From a bacterium (GTDB lineage Bacteria; Desulfobacterota; DSWW01): a stretch of DNA of 64,000 nucleotides. A model generated the notes under the pieces. It was not told where the DNA came from and made no database searches. It saw nothing but the letters and a program-made list of their open reading frames with translations. This document shows positions 59,940 through 64,000 of the stretch, in pieces; position 1 is the stretch's first letter; each line of letters begins with the position of its first letter. The position numbers and the translations under genes were made by a program. The stretch lies in the NCBI GenBank assembly GCA_040756235.1, contig JBFLZG010000002.1, positions 32,001 to 96,000 of the forward strand, given 5' to 3'.

Positions 59940-61016
59940 ATGAGCGTGGAACGTGCGGAGACTGCGGAGAGTCCCGAGCGGCAGAGCCCGGCTTACCTGA
60001 GGACGAGTCTGGCCGCCGCCCTGACGCTCGGCTTGAGCAGGGGTCTGTTTCATCGCGACGCGAGGCTCCACTGCATCAACCTGCTGCTGACCTACCCTGA
60101 GGGCTGCCGCGCACGGTGTGCCTACTGCGGGCTCTCGGGAAGACGTATCGGCCCGTACGGCAGCAAGAGCTTCATCCGGGTCCCCTGGCCGACCGTTCCG
60201 CTCGAAGACATCGTGGAGCGAATCGCGATCCGCCGGGACAGGATCCGGCGGATCTGCCTTTCCATGATCGCCCACGCCCGGGCGGTCGAGGACACGAAGG
60301 AGATCTGCTCCCGGCTGCGCGCATCGGTGGACATCCCGGTGAGCCTCCTGATCGCTCCGACCCTGGTGTCCGGCAAAGACCTCGAGCACTTCAGGGCCGC
60401 GGGGGCGGACAAGATCGGGGTCGCCATCGACCTGGCCACCCCCGAGCTGTTCGAGCGCCATCGCGGCAGCGGAGTCGGCGGGCCCCATCGGTGGGAGAAG
60501 TATTGGAGCTGCCTTTCCGAGGCGCTGGCCGTGTTCGGGCCCGGCCAGGCCGGCGCTCACCTCATGGTGGGCATGGGCGAGACCGATCGCGAGATGTGCA
60601 GGGCCATCCAGCGAGTCCGAGACATGGGCGGCAGGACCCACCTGTTCTCTTTTTATCCGGAAGCAGGTTCGCTCATGGAGGAGGTCCCGCCGCCGCCGCT
60701 CGGACGGTACCGCAGAGTGCAGATCGCTCGCTACCTGATTGACGGCGGGACGGCGCGAGAATCGGCCTTCCGCTACGACAGGACGGGCGGTGTGACGGCG
60801 TTCGGGGTTCCCGACGACATGCTGGATCGGATCGTGGGCTCCGGAGAGCCTTTCCGGACCAGCGGCTGCACGGGTGGGGACGGCGAGGTGGCCTGCAACC
60901 GTCCCTTTGCCAACTCGAGGCCGGGCGAGGAGATCCGCAACTATCCCTTTTCGCCCGAGCCGGAGGACCTCGAGTCGATCCGGCGGCAACTACAAGGCGG
61001 CGGAGGCACGCGTTAG
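59940..61016 (+). CDS. Radical SAM protein, LipS2-like lipoyl synthase component
   Basis: CRARCAYC; C-terminal TSGC-x8-CNRP motif; adjacent to LipS1-like gene. Confidence 0.75.
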   Translation: MSVERAETAESPERQSPAYLRTSLAAALTLGLSRGLFHRDARLHCINLLLTYPEGCRARCAYCGLSGRRIGPYGSKSFIRVPWPTVPLEDIVERIAIRRDRIRRICLSMIAHARAVEDTKEICSRLRASVDIPVSLLIAPTLVSGKDLEHFRAAGADKIGVAIDLATPELFERHRGSGVGGPHRWEKYWSCLSEALAVFGPGQAGAHLMVGMGETDREMCRAIQRVRDMGGRTHLFSFYPEAGSLMEEVPPPPLGRYRRVQIARYLIDGGTARESAFRYDRTGGVTAFGVPDDMLDRIVGSGEPFRTSGCTGGDGEVACNRPFANSRPGEEIRNYPFSPEPEDLESIRRQLQGGGGTR

Positions 61017-61017
61017 A

Positions 61018-62301
61018 ATGGAAGGAATGGAGAGAGCCCGGAAACGGACCCCGCTGTTCGATTGGCACAAGGCGGGAGGCGCCCACATGATGGAGTTCGG
61101 GGGCTTCGAGATGCCGCTCTGGTATCCCACAGGCGCCAAGAGGGAGCACCTTTCGGTGCTGACGCAGGCGGGGCTGTTCGACACGAGCCACATGTCGGTC
61201 CTGGAGGTCCGCGGCCCCGGGGGGGTCGACCTGCTGCAGCTGTGCTTTACCAGGGACCTGAACGCCTGCGTGCCTCCGCGCCGCGGCGCGCTCGTGAGCG
61301 GAAGGTCCGTGTACGGGGCCTTCCTGAACGAGAGGGGCGAGTGCCTGGATGACGCCATCGTGTTTCAGCTGGCCGAGGAGAGGTACCTGGTCGTGGTGAA
61401 CGCCGGGATGGGATCTGTGGTGGCCGCCCACCTCGAGGCGCACCGGGGCCGCATGGCTGCAGAAGTCTTCGATCTCTCCGAAAAGGTCGGCAAGGTGGAC
61501 CTGCAGGGCCCGGCGTCCGCCCGGATCCTGCGCGCGGTCCTGAGCGCGCCGGAATCGGCCCTGCCGGGCATGTCCTACTTCTCCTTCAAGGGCCATTTCG
61601 ACGTGGCATCTTCTCGGGAGAGCGAGATCAGGCTGACGGACGGAACCCCCATCCTGCTGTCACGGACAGGGTACACGGGTGAGTTCGGGTTCGAGATCTT
61701 CGTGCGCCCCGAGCGGCTCGTCGGCTTGTGGGAGAGTCTCCTTGCCGCCGGCCGCGACCTCGGCCTGGTGCCGTGCGGCCTGGCGGCCCGGGACTCCCTG
61801 CGGGTGGGCGCGGTCCTGCCCCTGTCGCACCAGGACATCGGCCCCTGGCCCTTCATCCGCAACCCCTGGGAGTTCGCTCTGCCCTTCCGTCCGGACCGGG
61901 CGGGATTCACCAAGGATTTCGTAGGCGCCGAGGCGCTGCTCGGCGCTGCCGATGCGGAGTATACCTTTCCTTTCGTAGGCTTCGACCCCAGGAAGGTGGC
62001 CGATCGGGGACAGGCCGTGGTGCTGGACGGATCCGGGAAGGAGATCGGCTCGGTCCTGAGCTGCGCCACGGACATGGGGATCGGCCGGCACGAAGGCCGC
62101 ATCTATAGCGTGGTCAGCCCGGGGCGTCCCCAAGGGTTCAGGCCGGCCGGTCTCTCGTGCGGGTTCCTGAAGGTGAAGCCCGGGCTCGAGACCGGAGATA
62201 CGGTGGCGCTCAAGGACGAGCGGCGGACGGTTCGAGTGGACGTGGTGGCGGATATCCGGCCGGACCGGACCGGCCGCCGGCCGATGAGAGACATGCTGTA
62301 G
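61018..62301 (+). CDS. gcvT: Aminomethyltransferase (glycine cleavage T protein)
   Basis: RTPL, FGGFEMP, GLFDTSHM, DD, VVNA, LQGP, RTGYTGEFGFE, GLAARDSLR. Confidence 0.92.
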   Translation: MEGMERARKRTPLFDWHKAGGAHMMEFGGFEMPLWYPTGAKREHLSVLTQAGLFDTSHMSVLEVRGPGGVDLLQLCFTRDLNACVPPRRGALVSGRSVYGAFLNERGECLDDAIVFQLAEERYLVVVNAGMGSVVAAHLEAHRGRMAAEVFDLSEKVGKVDLQGPASARILRAVLSAPESALPGMSYFSFKGHFDVASSRESEIRLTDGTPILLSRTGYTGEFGFEIFVRPERLVGLWESLLAAGRDLGLVPCGLAARDSLRVGAVLPLSHQDIGPWPFIRNPWEFALPFRPDRAGFTKDFVGAEALLGAADAEYTFPFVGFDPRKVADRGQAVVLDGSGKEIGSVLSCATDMGIGRHEGRIYSVVSPGRPQGFRPAGLSCGFLKVKPGLETGDTVALKDERRTVRVDVVADIRPDRTGRRPMRDML

Positions 62302-62360
62302 GAACCCGAGAATCCGAACCGCGGCGGCATCGGTAACGAGCTCAACAACGAGGATCATGC

Positions 62361-63692
62361 ATGCGCTACTTTCCCCACACGCCCGAGGACGTCTCCGAGA
62401 TGCTGCAGGCGATCGGCGCATCCGGCCTCGAGGACCTCTTCAAGACCGTGCCGGAAACCTGCCGGCGGGGCAAGCCGCTCGACCTGCCCGAGCCCCTGAC
62501 CGAGTGGGAGCTGAGCGCCCTCGTCTCGGGGCTCGCGGACACGGTCGAGGGCTCTTCACGGAGGAAGGTCTACCTGGGCGCAGGCAGCTACGAGCACTAC
62601 ATCCCTCATGTGGTGCCGTATCTGCTCGGCCGTTCGGAGTTCGTCACCTCGTACACGCCCTACCAGCCCGAGATGAGCCAGGGGACGCTCCAGGCCATTT
62701 ACGAGTACCAGACCCTGGTCTGCCGTCTCCTGGGCATGGAAGTGGCCAATGCATCGATCTACGACGGTGCCTCCGCGCTGGCCGAGGCGGTGCTCATGGC
62801 CATCCGGGTCACCCGGCGCAAGCGGGTGGCCGTCTCCGGCGCGGTGCATCCTTCGTACCGGCAGGTCCTGCGGACGTACCTGGCGCCGGCCGGGTTCGAG
62901 CTGATCGAGCTCCCGCGGCTCCGGGACGGCAGGACCGACCTCGCCCCGGTCGAGGGGCTCGAAGACCTGGCGGCCGTGGCGCTCCAGTCGCCGAGCTTCT
63001 TCGGGTGCATCGAAGACCTTGCGGCCGCTGCCGAAGCGGCCCACCGCAGGAAGGCGCTTGCCATCGCCTGCTTCACCGAGCCGCTTGCCTACGGCCTGTT
63101 GCGGAACCCCGGAAGCCAGGGCGCGGACATCGCCTGCGGGGAGGGCCAGAGCCTCGGGGTCCCTCAGTCCTTCGGCGGGCCGGGGATCGGGATGTTCGCG
63201 ACCCGGACAGAATACATGCGGAACATCCCGGGCCGGCTCGTCGGCAAGGCCGCGGACGCCGAAGGCAGGAAGGGCTTTGTTCTGACCCTCGCCACCCGGG
63301 AGCAGCACATCCGCCGGGAAAAGGCGACATCCAACATCTGCACCAACAACAGCCTCTGCGCCTTGGCGGCCGCCATGTACATGGCCGCTCTCGGTGGAAC
63401 GGGCTTCCGGGAGCTGGCCCGTCTCAACCACGACAAGTCGGAGTACCTGAAGAAGAAGCTGGTTGCGGCCGGCTTCCGGCTTTCTTGCCCGAGCCCGACG
63501 TTCAACGAATTCGCCGTCGAGGCGCCCGTCGGATTCGAACGGACTTACGAGCGCCTGCTCGCGAACGGGATCGTTGCCGGCTTGCCCCTGCGGCGGTTCT
63601 ATCCGGATCTTGAACGCCACTACCTTTTCTGCGTCACAGAGACCAAGACGAGAGACGACCTGGACGAACTGGTCGAGGAGATGCGGGCATGA
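62361..63692 (+). CDS. gcvPA: Glycine decarboxylase subunit 1 (canonical)
   Basis: MRYFPHT, YTPYQPEMSQG, NASIYDG, TREQHIRREKATSNICTN. Confidence 0.95.
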   Translation: MRYFPHTPEDVSEMLQAIGASGLEDLFKTVPETCRRGKPLDLPEPLTEWELSALVSGLADTVEGSSRRKVYLGAGSYEHYIPHVVPYLLGRSEFVTSYTPYQPEMSQGTLQAIYEYQTLVCRLLGMEVANASIYDGASALAEAVLMAIRVTRRKRVAVSGAVHPSYRQVLRTYLAPAGFELIELPRLRDGRTDLAPVEGLEDLAAVALQSPSFFGCIEDLAAAAEAAHRRKALAIACFTEPLAYGLLRNPGSQGADIACGEGQSLGVPQSFGGPGIGMFATRTEYMRNIPGRLVGKAADAEGRKGFVLTLATREQHIRREKATSNICTNNSLCALAAAMYMAALGGTGFRELARLNHDKSEYLKKKLVAAGFRLSCPSPTFNEFAVEAPVGFERTYERLLANGIVAGLPLRRFYPDLERHYLFCVTETKTRDDLDELVEEMRA

Positions 63693-64000
63693 GCCAAAGG
63701 ATCGGCACGACCGGCCTCATCCTGAACGAGCCGCTGCTCTGGGCGAAGGGGAAGCGCGGGCGAGAAGGCTTCTCCCTGCCCCGCCGCGACGTCGAGGAGA
63801 GCGCGCTCGATGCGAGCCTCACGGGCGACGGACCGGACTTTCCCGACTTGAGCGAGCTGGACGTGGTGCGCCACTACACGCGGCTGTCCCAATGGAACTT
63901 CGGCGTGGACACGGGCATGTACCCGCTAGGCTCGTGCACGATGAAGTACAATCCCAAGCTTCACGAAAAACTCGCCTCTCTGCCCGGATTCGCCGGCGCG
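63689..64000 (+). CDS. gcvPB: Glycine decarboxylase subunit 2, 3'-truncated by the window edge
   Basis: ATGA overlap; SELDVVRHYTRLSQWNFGVDTGMYPLGSCTMKYNPK. Confidence 0.92.
   Translation, partial: MSQRIGTTGLILNEPLLWAKGKRGREGFSLPRRDVEESALDASLTGDGPDFPDLSELDVVRHYTRLSQWNFGVDTGMYPLGSCTMKYNPKLHEKLASLPGFAGA

Noticed and set aside
54280..61016. sHdr-LbpA sulfur oxidation system
   Set aside because: No shdrA/B/C set, tusA, dsrE or rhodanese genes in the window; context is glycine cleavage

Overview
GC-rich bacterial window. Gene content and repeat style suggest an anaerobic deltaproteobacterium-like organism (inference). Almost all genes lie on the + strand. 1-18.7 kb is housekeeping: uvrC, comEC, aspS, a TolC-family protein, icd-mdh-sucCD, rlmN, nfi, a YhaM-like nuclease and an acyl-CoA ligase. 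18.9-33.7 kb is a quinohemoprotein amine dehydrogenase (QHNDH) cluster: porin, qhpA, qhpC, two qhpB paralogs, qhpD, qhpF, qhpE, an NrfH/NapC-like cytochrome with one CxxCK site, and a dedicated CcsA/ResB-like pair. The O2-dependent flavin monooxygenase qhpG is absent from the window. Instead a UbiV-like + UbiU-like (U32 family) pair sits among the maturation genes, making it a candidate O2-independent route to the cysteine-tryptophylquinone (CTQ) cofactor. This is the top finding. 33.8-45.2 kb holds a TetR regulator and a catabolic block with a divergent GcvPA/PB pair. 45.4-64 kb is a lipoate-centred block: acetoin/2-oxoacid dehydrogenase genes, a LipB-LipA fusion, a decaheme-NarI fusion / GcvH / HdrD-like / lipoate ligase unit, a plant-HPR-like reductase, Lrp, LipS1/LipS2 and canonical gcvT-gcvPA-gcvPB. 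Two families of dispersed structured intergenic repeats with covarying stems occur, plus REP-like and heptamer repeats. No rRNA, tRNA, CRISPR array or transposase was recognised. All protein assignments come from motif recognition by eye; no database search was run.
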